Shown here one piece after another: positions 51,082 to 62,489 of a DNA stretch of 64,000 nucleotides (positions within the stretch are counted from its first letter, which is position 1; the number at the start of each line of letters is the position of its first letter). The notes beneath the pieces are model-generated. The model saw only the letters and a program-made list of their open reading frames with translations, was not told the origin of the DNA and did not search any database. A program made the translations under genes and the position numbers. Location of the stretch: positions 2,852,001-2,916,000 of the forward strand of contig CM106586.1 in assembly GCA_048013815.1 (NCBI GenBank), in the 5' to 3' direction. Source of the stretch: Setoptus koraiensis (lineage: Eukaryota > Animalia > Arthropoda).

Positions 51082-52150
51082 ATGATCAGAAGTGGACCAT
51101 ATCTACATAGTAGATTCTATTGTGTGGACAAAAAAAATTGTCCCGGTGTGCTAAAAGTAATGGATCTCCTATTTACTTTGTGCGAAGTAGGAAAAAAGTT
51201 GCGAAAAAAGGCAAAAAGAGCCAAAATTTGAAATTTCGATGACATCTACCAGATGGGAGAATGAGAAAATGTCTGATTGTCCTAAACAGATATGAAGTAT
51301 AGTTGTGTGAGATCGTGCGAAAGTCGAGAGGCTACCTCGTTGCGCCTCCAAACTAGTGGATCTTACTGCTGCAAGAAAATCTTATGTAACGTTGCTTGTT
51401 TTTTTATTGTTGCACGAACTAAAGATTCGACCTTAGACTATTCTCCATTTCGATTTTCTGTGTACTGGTACAAAGTACAACTGACTCATCGCTTGGTCCT
51501 TCGTAAAACGCAATCTGCATAATTCACGCGAAAATTTCCCGACTGATTGCACAAGATGATAAAATGCCTTCTGAACATATTCGTTATTCGCTGCCTGGCA
51601 TGCCAGACCAGTGAACTTGGAATCAATTTATTGTCGTTCGGATTGTTTTTTGTCATTATTTGTAAGATTTTTCATTGACACGCATCTCAAACGATGCGAT
51701 ACATGTTTTAGAGGCGTGCACATTTCGATCTCGTGCCATGTCTCTCAGTTGATCGCATCTTTCATTCGGAAATTCTATTTTTACGGAATCACTCCATCAG
51801 CAGTCCGTGTGATTCATCTTTCCATTCGTGCCATCAGACACCTGATATTGGAAATGAATAGAATCATTATGGCGTGCAAGTAATCTATTTTCAGAGAGAA
51901 ACAAAAACTTTCTGATCTCTTCGAATAGTTGGCTTAAGTCAACCAGAAATATTTAGTGACTTTTTAGCTGACAAAATTTTTTCTGTTGGTTACTAAATAA
52001 GATAAGCTGCTTTTCCACAGCACAATCAGTAGTTTACATTGTATATTTATGTATCCGCTTATCAATATTGGCTAGATGAAGTGATAGTGCGCATATTTCG
52101 CATGCATCTTCTTTTTGGATTAGGCGCAAACGGAACCCGAAAAATTAATC

Positions 52151-53326
52151 ATGGCTAAAATAAAAGTATTATTCCTATTAGCATGCATCATTAAAGTTTT
52201 AATGGCCGAGCAAGATGATGTCAAGGAATGTACTAAAATGATTGAAAATGCCCGCTCAATAGAAGAAGTCTTGAAAATATTTGCTGCGAAACTCACTGTC
52301 GTTTCAGCGAGCCAGAAAGGACTCGGCGTCTGCCTGAGAACTACCGATGCATTTCCCTATGACAGTATGAAGGATCTTGAAAACATTATCGAGCTTGGCA
52401 AAACTCGTGATGTCTGTAACTATGAAAATTACGTAACGAAACAACTTGGTCGTTATCATACAATGAAGATGATCCGGGAACCGAACAATCGTCTGAGCCA
52501 AATTTTCAGACAGTATGTCGAAAAAGTTATTGCCAGTTGCACAGAGGCACTAGCAGTGAGAATTCGCGAAGCTGAACAAGCAGAGGATCTCCAAACTGGC
52601 ATGGCTATCATCAAAGATCTCCTAGAGAAAACAAGCGCAACAAGAAATAGTAACAACATTCTTATGGGTCTATTTGTAGAGAAGTTATCGAACGCTCAAA
52701 AACTCGCCACTCATAGAATCGAATTATTGATGGAAAGTGATCAGATTTATGATCCAGACAGCGAAGTACCACCAATTGTCAAAGCCTATTCACCTGTTAT
52801 CATAATTAATCTTTTGAAACTCCGCCACGCATGTAGACTTACATACAAGTATCATCGCGACACTATCTACAGTATTCAGTATCTTGCCCGCCGGAATTAC
52901 ATCGTAACAGACATCGACAACGACTCGATCGATATCAGCCCTCAACTGGTTGTGGCACAAATGTGTGAAATCATGAAACTAATTCAGGTGGAAACATTAA
53001 ACTATGATAAAGATATTCGTTTCAAGATGTCTATTCGGTCATTCAACAGTGACCGTGTTAACCCTGTCGCTAAACTTGTTGAATGGCCTCCATTTCTGAG
53101 AGCCAATGAGTTTAGCGAAGAAGTGCACGTAGTGGATTTGAGCGACAGTATCAGAAATGATCCACCCAGTTTGATATTGACTCAATTTCCATCTTTATGT
53201 TCCTTTTTTCCACTGAGCAAACTATGCGGCAGAAAAGAGAGGCTCGATTCCATACGAAAAACTTTCCTAACCGCCCAATTCTTGCAAGCTTTTGTCCACT
53301 ATTTGACAACGAATGAGCTCCAGTGA
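52151..53326 (+). CDS. Hypothetical secreted protein, 391 aa, intronless
   Basis: Long clean ORF with signal-peptide-like start MAKIKVLFLLACIIKVLMA and scattered Cys; no family recognised. Confidence 0.75.
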   Translation: MAKIKVLFLLACIIKVLMAEQDDVKECTKMIENARSIEEVLKIFAAKLTVVSASQKGLGVCLRTTDAFPYDSMKDLENIIELGKTRDVCNYENYVTKQLGRYHTMKMIREPNNRLSQIFRQYVEKVIASCTEALAVRIREAEQAEDLQTGMAIIKDLLEKTSATRNSNNILMGLFVEKLSNAQKLATHRIELLMESDQIYDPDSEVPPIVKAYSPVIIINLLKLRHACRLTYKYHRDTIYSIQYLARRNYIVTDIDNDSIDISPQLVVAQMCEIMKLIQVETLNYDKDIRFKMSIRSFNSDRVNPVAKLVEWPPFLRANEFSEEVHVVDLSDSIRNDPPSLILTQFPSLCSFFPLSKLCGRKERLDSIRKTFLTAQFLQAFVHYLTTNELQ

Positions 53327-54192
53327 CTGGTCTAAAGTAATTATAGTCGAAAGTGCATAATATGAAATCATATCTGTGATATGATAACTAGCCGATAGTA
53401 ACTATTGAATGACGACTGTAACACAAACCCTCCGCAGTTAATCTATTAGGAAATGACCCAATGTCAGCCTAATGCATAATCGAGAGACATCTCGCTACTT
53501 CCTTCGCCGCTTGCATAATAGAAACGGGGATCTCTCCCGTCACGCGACATCAGCAAGACAGACGATGGCACACCAATTACGACCTAATAAATAACATAAT
53601 AAAGTACCACAATGAACGCCAAGAATCTAGGTTTGTTCAAAAGCAAATCTTGTTTCAAATACGGCTAACAATTGTGAGATGCAGCTACTCCCATCACCGA
53701 CAACTTTTTGTGATTCAAACCTCGCGCCAACTAACAGTACTCTTGAAAGGTAAACACGGTGGATGAAGTATCTGAAGTGCAAAAATGTAACAAACATGTC
53801 AAGTCTAACTTGATGTATTGTGTTTGATATATTGTTATAAACTGTTAATACATTATTATTAAATCAATAATATCTTGTGTTATTTGTATCTGTATTCGTC
53901 GGAACGAAACATATCGGAACTGGCATACAAGCCTGGCCATCTGCTGACAATTTCATCACATGTCGTCATCTTATTATTAAATTATTATATTTTATTATAA
54001 ATTATCTGTTTGTACTTACAGGATAGTCTCGTTTGTTTTGTTGCTAGTCCGCCAAACAAATGCTTGACAAATGATTCTACGCAACTGAATTCTAGATTGG
54101 AATTGGTCCACCAAATACTGAACCTAGTAACTTGTGACAGTATTACTCTTCAACTATTAGCTAATAACCATTCAAGTTACAATCAGAAAAGT

Positions 54193-54600
54193 ATGGAAAC
54201 AATCAATTTAGAATCACTCAATCTGCGTAAGATATTTATACAACGAGATTTCACTAAAGGAACAAAAATAAAATTTGAAACAACATTTCCCAATGAGCTC
54301 AATGGATTAGTCACTCAAGAATCCTTTGTCCAATTTATGGAATCCTTGAACGAGATATACAATGATTCTGAGAGATTGACAATTTGTGAAAGCTGTCTAG
54401 CTTGTCTCACTGCCTACTTATTGTATCTATGTATAGAGACTTATAAAGAAAAGTGTATGAAAAAAGCGCTCGAGCTTATAGATAAACAAAACGAAATATG
54501 GAGAGATCGTGGCGTTGTTGTATTGGATCCCATATCTAGAGGTTACAGAGTGATGGAAATACAAATTTACACAAATAATCAGACAAGACCTTTACAATAA
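54193..54600 (+). CDS. GOLGA7: Golgin A7 / Erf4 (DHHC9 palmitoyltransferase partner), intronless; true start METINL at 54193
   Basis: KIFIQRDFTKGTKIKFETTFPNEL, ESCLACLTAYLLYLCIETY, LDPISRGYRVMEI match the Erf4/GOLGA7 family. Confidence 0.92.
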   Translation: METINLESLNLRKIFIQRDFTKGTKIKFETTFPNELNGLVTQESFVQFMESLNEIYNDSERLTICESCLACLTAYLLYLCIETYKEKCMKKALELIDKQNEIWRDRGVVVLDPISRGYRVMEIQIYTNNQTRPLQ

Positions 54601-54706
54601 TAATAATAAAAAAAAGCTAAAAAATATTGCGAAACTTGAAATGGATGAAGGAATTTATTCTTTTTAACGAAGTAACTGGAATCGGATTTCATCCAACTGG
54701 ATCGGT

Positions 54707-56293
54707 CTACTTTTTTTTCTTTGCTCGGTGGCCATCCCAAGATGGGTCCACTGGCGCAAGGGGGTCCTCCTCTTCATCGATCTTTCTACCAATGGCTGTC
54801 TCAGCATCGGCACTGCCAAATATGTCTGTTCGGCGTTCGGCGAATTGTTTCAAACTACTCTCGACTTGAGCCCCAGACGCGTATACGTCCTCCTGGTTAG
54901 CTCTTTCTTGCATAACACGATTCTTTAGTTCTATGCTGCGCGAGTCTATCAAGCTATACTTGACGTGACTTTGTAGTTTGTCGGCAGGCACAAGCTCGTT
55001 TGTAATTGAGGATACAAAATAACTGTCCGGTTTCGGTGCAATCCTCTCCTTTTGTTTGGGATCGTAGTCTTTCTTGATGAGCACTGCCTCTGGTTTTGGT
55101 GGCAAAAATTCAACCAATGCTGGTGGTACAAGATCCTCTCGGCCATCATCAGATTGTTGATCTTCGTCAGATTCGACATCCATGTCTATTTCCATTTCCT
55201 CTGGGACATTCTGCTCCTCCAAGCGCTGTTGCAGTAAGACTCTCGATCCCACTTGATCGGCGGTGGTTGGTGCTGGGTAGGGACCTCGTTCGCCCGGCTG
55301 ATAGTCGACAGTTTCAACTACAACAAAATCGTGCCAATCAATTTGTGCGTACTGAAGACGTTCCAATTCCTCTTCTTCTTCTTTTCGCTGACGTTCTGCT
55401 TCTTGTAATTTTGACCATTCTGATCTCATTCGCACCTTGTTGATAACATGTTGCAGATTGGTTGCGTCTTTCATCAATGAATCAACAATCTGATTGTTGT
55501 GATTTAATATTTTAGAATACTGTTCAATGAGCAATGTGAAATAATTGAACTGGCCATGTTGCGGCCTGAGAAAGTCAAATTGGGCATTATTCTGTTCCCT
55601 ATTAAGAAGCTCAGTTAAGAAATTTCTTCCATGCATAGCCACAAATTGGGCCGTTAATTTTATAATCTCTAAATCTAATACTGTCATAGACGATGGTGGA
55701 TCGGCTAGGTATTCGAATTCCGGGGGCGGCTCTCGGGGAGTGGAGGGTACTGAGAAGAGTTCTCTAAGTTTTTTGATGACCGGCTTGTTGGCCAAAATAT
55801 CTTTTTGGTTATCGTGTTTCGCATGCTCCCTATCCGCCGCATCATCTAGCTTAAGTTTATGTACATCGACTGAATCTAGAGATACGCCAGAATCTCCTTT
55901 ATTTAGAACACTCTTAGTGCCATGATTGTCCACTATTGTCTGGTCAGTGCCTACACCATTTGATGATTTGTCATGATCGTGATCCGATGTCGCCGGCAAC
56001 ACCTTATCATCATCCTCTGTTGACGCTTGGTCATGTCTACTGTCGCCAGTGGTTACGGCTGGTTCTGGAACTGCCGGTTTGTTACTTTGCTCTAGTGACT
56101 CTCTTATCTTGTGTTCATAATAGGCATGATATGGATCGCCAGCATTGAGAAAATTAAATCTTGGATTATTCTGTTCATTTTGTCTAATTCGTGATTCAAA
56201 CTCTCTTCCATTGCGAGCAACAAAATTGGCCGCAGTGTCCACTATTGTTCGCAAATCCGGTGGCGGATAAATAATACCCAAGGGCTCGGCCAT
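54707..56293 (-). CDS. SF3A1: Splicing factor 3A subunit 1 (Prp21), 528 aa, intronless, C-terminally shortened
   Basis: GIIYPPPDLRTIVDTAANFVARNGREFE (SURP1), IIKLTAQFVAMHGRNFL...FDFLRPQH (SURP2), YAQIDWHDFVVVETV, LKQFAERRTDIFG, WDGH. Confidence 0.95.
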   Translation of the reverse strand: MAEPLGIIYPPPDLRTIVDTAANFVARNGREFESRIRQNEQNNPRFNFLNAGDPYHAYYEHKIRESLEQSNKPAVPEPAVTTGDSRHDQASTEDDDKVLPATSDHDHDKSSNGVGTDQTIVDNHGTKSVLNKGDSGVSLDSVDVHKLKLDDAADREHAKHDNQKDILANKPVIKKLRELFSVPSTPREPPPEFEYLADPPSSMTVLDLEIIKLTAQFVAMHGRNFLTELLNREQNNAQFDFLRPQHGQFNYFTLLIEQYSKILNHNNQIVDSLMKDATNLQHVINKVRMRSEWSKLQEAERQRKEEEEELERLQYAQIDWHDFVVVETVDYQPGERGPYPAPTTADQVGSRVLLQQRLEEQNVPEEMEIDMDVESDEDQQSDDGREDLVPPALVEFLPPKPEAVLIKKDYDPKQKERIAPKPDSYFVSSITNELVPADKLQSHVKYSLIDSRSIELKNRVMQERANQEDVYASGAQVESSLKQFAERRTDIFGSADAETAIGRKIDEEEDPLAPVDPSWDGHRAKKKK

Positions 56294-57452
56294 GTTGTAT
56301 AGTGTTCAAGTATGTAAATGGTCCAACTTGTCTTGTATCCGACAACATTATGTATATACAAAAATATTTCAATAGTTTAACGTGTTTCTAGTGCACTGTT
56401 TTCTTTTGTTTATTTCAGAAACACATGTTTTACGGTCGAACAGGCAGCGCCACAGCGGCAGTATACTGAATCATAATTTTCTGTCAGGATCGCTCCAACT
56501 TAAAAGTGACACTAGCCACACTCCGGCATTGCTCAGCATTCGAAGCGTGCTTTTTATCTTGGAAAATTTTCTCTTTGAATTAGGAATAGATATTACGTAA
56601 ACGGAAAACCATTTGAAATGAGGCATCAACTTATAACTACTGTAGCTTATGAAGTGTCAATTCTGATGTTTGTGTATTTGGTTATAATTTTGCAACTTTT
56701 CACACATCATAACTTCACACATCTCCAGTCTTTCTTCTATCCAATGCACTTGCATTAAATTGAGCTGATTGACATTTTATGCCCAAACTGTTTGTCTCTC
56801 TTATATCATGTATAACTTAACGATGATATTAGCAAACTCAGCGAATTCATCAATATAAAATAGATCTATTTTGCACTAAAACTCACATAACATCGAAAAT
56901 TAGATATGACGCTTAATAGGGATGTCTGATAATAATGTTGGGACAGAGAGTTGCGATCTTTTTGTCATGTTGGCGTCCCTATTTTCTTGCCGATATCTCA
57001 CGGCATCCAACTAAATCCAAATCATCTCAAGCCAACTTCGTTTATTCGTTAGTTGTTGTTGTGAGTTATACAAGATTAATTGACTTGCCACCGAACATGA
57101 TTATAGCTGAAGGGCCGATTGCATAATGGTACTATAATTGTTGCTACAGTGCGGTTCAAGAGTTTTTCTAGGTAGCTGGAGACTCATTGACATTTCCGAT
57201 TTAACATTTGTATCTTTCATATATGGTTGTTTGTATGACCAATAGATGTAAGTGCAAGTTTCCATTGCAAGTTGATTTGGCGTCTCTTATAACATTTTCT
57301 CTTAGTGATCTTGATCAGATCAACCTACTTGTTATTATTGGAACAATGGTAGGTTCCTCGAATTAATTCACTCTGCATATCAAATTGTTGTCGATTTGTT
57401 CTCGTATAGAGATTATAATAAAAATTGAAACAGAATCAGCAAAAACAAAACG

Positions 57453-60400
57453 ATGAAGTTCTTTGTGCCTTCAAACAAGAGGTAAGTGTAGTTCTACGGG
57501 CTGGATAAGTGCAACGCGAATTCCTTAGAAGTCCATTAATATAGTGATAATAAGTAACAAGTGACAATAGTCAACATAATAATAATGATTGCGACTTCAA
57601 AATTGTTCCATCATCTCTAGCTTCATCTTGCTCTTGGCTATTGTCGGCACTCTTCTAGTTACTGGACTTTCGCCAGTCCTATCTAAAGAGTCAGACGTAA
57701 GTAAACCTATAGATACTATTAGATGATTACTATTAAATGAGCAAAACAAACAGAGAGCGATCACTCTGATCTGTCAGTAATTCGAAATCTCTCTGATTCG
57801 TATGATCCTCACAATGTTGCAACAATCAATACATGTATCGTATAGAAATCTGTCCAGACGGTCGAAGTTGAATCAGACGAGGTATACGACTCAGAATCGG
57901 CTGAAGAAACCTATGAAAACAACAACAAAGAAACAACTTACAGCGAGTCCACCGGAAGTGAATCATATCCCCCGCCTCCACCACCGCCGGCCTACTTCAA
58001 TGGACCTTACGGACCACCAGCCTATGAGGCCGGTGTTTACCCACAACCAGAGGCACCGCCTGGTTATTATGAAAGTCCCAAATATCCAGTAGCGGCAAAT
58101 TACTCATCCAGCTACGGGCCAGCTTATCCACCACCAAGTTACCCGGCACCTAGCTACCCAGCACCTGTGTACCCAGCTCCAAGTTACCCTGCTCCGAGCT
58201 ACCCAGCTGCAAGTTACTACGAAGCGCCCAAGTATCAAGCACTAGACAACTACTCGGTCAGCTACTCAGAGACAACTAAATACTCTGCTCCAAGCTATGT
58301 AGCGATAACCAGTTACTCAGCGCCAACAGCGAGCTATCCGGAGACACCTAGCTACACGGCACCAGCAACAAGCTACCCAGCACCAACAGCAAGCTACTCT
58401 GCACCAGCAACAAGCTACTCGGCACCAGCAACAAGCTACACAGCATCAAGCCCTAGCTACTCGGCACCGACGGCGAGCTACCCAGAGGCACCAAGCTACA
58501 CGGCACCAGCAACAAGCTATCCAGCACCAACAGCAAGCTACCCAGCACCAACAACAAGCTACTCTGCACCAGCCAGTTATTCTGCACCAGCAGCAAGCTA
58601 CTCTGCACCAGCTTCCTACTCCGCACCATCATACTCAGCCCCATCAAGCTACTCGGCACCAAGCTACTCTGCACCAGCCAACTACTCCAGCAGCTACTCT
58701 GCCCCAGCCAGCTACTCTGCACCAGCAACAAGCTACACAGCATCAACAACTAGCTACACATCCCCAATAACAAGCTACCCAGCACCGACAACAAGCTACC
58801 CATCAACACCCAGCTACCCAGAGCCAGCCCCGAGCAGCTACTCGGCACCCGCTACAAGCTACTCGGCACCCGCTACAAGCTACTCGGCACCCACCACAAG
58901 CTACTCGGCACCCGCTACAAGCTACTCGGCACCCGCTACAAGCTACTCGGCACCAGCAACAAGCTACTCGGCACCCACTACAAGCTACTCGGCACCCACT
59001 ACGAGCTACTCAAGCTCAAGCTATTCAGCACCAACACCAAGCTACTCGGCCCCTGCTGCAAGCTATCCAGAGGCCCCGAAATACTCTGCACCAGTTCCGA
59101 GCTACAATTCAGCGCCCAGAGAATATAGCCCAGCGCCGGCCTCGGCACCCAGCTACTCGGCTCCGGCTGCAACCTCGTCGGCAAGCTATTCATCGTCATC
59201 GACTAGCTATGCGGCGCCAGCGACCACTTATACCGCGCCAGCGGCCACCTATACCGCGCCAGCGACCACCTATACCGCGCCAGCGACTAGCTATACCGCG
59301 CCAGCGGCCAGCTACTCGGCCGCGCCAGCCAAGAGTTACCCGAGCGCCGCTTACAAGAGTCCGGCGCCGACATACCGATCGTCCTATCCGGTGGTGACAC
59401 TGCAATATCCGCAGCACTTGGTCAGCGCCAGCTACCCGGCCAAGCAGGCCGCCAGCAATTACACCCGCTACATGCCCGTCTACGATTCCAACGATTCGCC
59501 TTGGGGCGACGACGCCCTGCCGCCCTACTGGTGGGTGTATCAGGTGCCCGTGGGCGGCTACACCGGCGACATAAACTATCGTCTGCCGCTGAACAGAAAC
59601 TATCGTCACAACTACAACACGGCCCATCCGATGTTGAGCTATTACGCAACGGCTCCCTATCGGGTGTGTCCGCGCGAAGCTTACAAGCGTCCGCCGAGCG
59701 ACCAAGATTACCGTGCAGCGTTCACGTACGCCGTGGACAAATTGCGCCAACAAAACTATGCCTCGGTGTCCTATTTGAACCAGAGCACGCCCAGCTACGC
59801 GGCCCGGCATCAGATTTTCAGCTCGTGGGCAACAGGTAACAGTCGCGCCGACGAACAGGGTCTGCTGGTGGAGTACGCAAGCCATTATTTGGCACAGAGG
59901 ATCTGTTTGACCAAATGGGACAAGCAGCGTTATTTGCCAACGCTGACACTGGGCGCCACAAACGGCGTTTACCCGGCCGGCCATTCGTGCCAGCAGTACG
60001 GGCAACAGAAGCGCTCCGCCGAGGGCTGGAACCTAATGGAAGCGACCAAGTCGCGCTACCGCACCGTGGACGGCTTCGGCAACAACCCGTACCACCCGTA
60101 CTGGGGCAAGGCCAACGTGTGCCACATCCGGTTGCTGACGCCCGACTATGCGGACGGCATTTCGGAGCCGCGCGCCTCGTACTTGCCGCACGCGCCGCTG
60201 CCCAACGCGCGCGCCGTCTCCAACTACATCCATAAGGACGTGCACTTACAGGGCCCCTATAACATGCTCAAGATGCAATGGGGCCAGTTCATAAATCACG
60301 ACATCACTAACACTCAGTTGAGCTCGTACGAGGGCCTCGTGGACTGTTGTAAGACGCCCAACGTGCGCGGCTGCTACCCAATTTACGTGCAACCGGGCGA

Positions 60401-61760
60401 CAAGCACTACCAAAAGTACAATGTTACCTGTTTGAACTTTGTCCGGTCGGGCGTGTGCCCGTTGTGCCAGTTCGGCCCGCGCCAACAGATCAACAAGAAC
60501 ACCGCCTATTTGGACGCAAGTCAGGTGTACGGTAATGATGCGGAAACCGCGCGCCAATTGCGCCTGTTCAAGGACGGTCAATTGCGCTACAGCGTCAACA
60601 GCCGCGGCGAAATGCTACTGCCCCTGGTGGGCGCCACCAAGGACGGCCAATGCCAGGGCAACTGTTACGTGGCGGGCGATTCGCGCGTCAATCAACATCC
60701 GGCGCTCACCGCATTGCACGTGTTGCTGTTGCGCAGACATAATCAGCACGCGCGCGGCCTCGCTCAGGTGCACAGAAACTGGAACGACGAAACGCTGTAT
60801 CAAGAGGCCCGAAGGATCGTGGTGGCCGAATACCAAATGATCACATACAACGAGTATCTGCCCATTGTGTTCGGGCCCATCCTGTCCGAATATTACCATT
60901 TGACGCCCGGCAAGGGCTACCAGCACAACGACTACACCCACTACAACAAAGACGTGGATCCCACCACGTGGAACGAGTACATAACGGCGGCGTGTCGCTT
61001 TGGGCACTCGCAAATTCAGAATTTGTTCGGATTGTATCCGCGCATACTGAGCCTGTACGACCAAAAGCAACCGAATAGGGCCAAATACCTCAACGCCACA
61101 ACCAGTACCTTCCGCCTGAAGGATTGGTTCATGAACCCGTCCCAGTTGAGCGAGGGACTGACGCAACAGATCGTCAACGGTCTTGTGTCGCGACCGTCGG
61201 CCGCGGTCGACCCGTGGGTAGCGAACGACGTCAGAAACTATTTGTACAAGTCGCGCCACGAGCGAACCGGCGGCGATTTGGCCGCCACAAACATTCAGCG
61301 CGGTCGCGATCACGGTCTGCCCTCATACACCCACTACCTGGAATATTGCTTCAATCACAAGGTGAAATCGTGGCAAGACCTCAGTCTATACATACCAAAC
61401 GATGTGCTGGATCAGCTGAAACGATTGTATGTTGTGCCGGAAAACGTTGATTTGTTCACGGGCGGCATGAGCGAGCGTCATTTCCCCGAGGCGGACATTG
61501 GGCCCACCTTTGCCTGCATCAACGGCATCCAATATTATCATTTGAAATTTGGAGATCGTTACTACTTTGAGCACAGGGGCCAAGCGGGCTCCTTCACCCC
61601 GGAACAACTGTACGAAATCAAAAAGTCCACCCTGGCCCGTCTGCTGTGCCGAACAGCGTATCTGCCCTCGTCGCCGCCGTACGCCTTCTTTTATCCATCG
61701 CAACACAATCAATTGGTGGATTGTGCCCGATACGGCGAGATCGACTACAGAGCGTTCTAG
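57453..61760 (+). CDS. Secreted heme peroxidase with a large N-terminal Tyr/Pro/Ala/Ser repeat domain; join(57453-57481,57621-57696,57846-61760), about 1339 aa
   Basis: Two small GT-AG exons give the signal peptide MKFFVPSNKSFILLLAIVGTLLVTGLSPVLS; about 500 aa of SYxAP repeats follow; then RYRTVDGFGNN, WGQFINHD, LDASQVYG, GDSRVNQHP, AACRFGH, DLAATNIQRGRDHG, IGPTFACI, FGDRYYFE. Confidence 0.93.
58836..59003 (+). repeat. Coding 21-bp minisatellite (SYSAP[A/T]T x8)
   Basis: AGCTACTCGGCACCCGCTACA units in frame, within a longer degenerate repeat region (about 58100-59350). Confidence 0.92.
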
Positions 61761-62489
61761 ATGGCAACAGATAATTAATTGATTATCCGCCGATCATCCG
61801 CCAATGAGCGCTTGTCGACCGCATCAAGCAAAGCAACGACAATGACAACCACGATAAATAAACTACTGCTGTGAAAAACAGAGGCACCATCATAAGAATC
61901 TCGAGACACTTTATTTTGCTGACTTTCAGTTGGTCTGTTGTTTTTAGCTGATCCTTTATTGTGATTGGTTGTTGTGCCTCGGGCCCGGAGAACAAAAATA
62001 ATCTATCAGTGTGTTGTTTCTTCGTGGCAACCATCGGTATCGTTGCGTAATCGATTGATCAATAGTTGACGAGTTAAGTTAATCATAGTTAAATAATAAG
62101 GCCGATGCTGTTTGACGGGCCGGAAAAGGCCGGCCGCGTCGCCAACACCGTTATGTGGTGCAGCCGTCCTACAACGCGCCAAAACGTGTATAACGTAGTA
62201 TAAATAACAATTAATTAGTAACATTATGTTTCTTTGAGAGTCTCATTGGACTCCAATGATTGGAGCCTCGATAGGTAACGGTAATGGTAGCGCCATTGAC
62301 TCTCGCATGACATCGACAAATATATTTGTGCTATTCGCGTGTGAATATTGCCTGACAAGGTAATGTCTGCCGACGATGATTGTGAGCTGTGATGAAAATT
62401 GTCCAGCAAACAATCGCCGGTTTGATATTGTAAGCTACACATATAATGCTTATATGATATAAGGCTATATAACAGCAGATATTCAGCAG

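Noticed and set aside
59150-61760. Bacterial horizontal transfer suggested by high GC
   Set aside because: The protein is an animal-type peroxidase linked in frame to spliceosomal 5' exons encoding a signal peptide.
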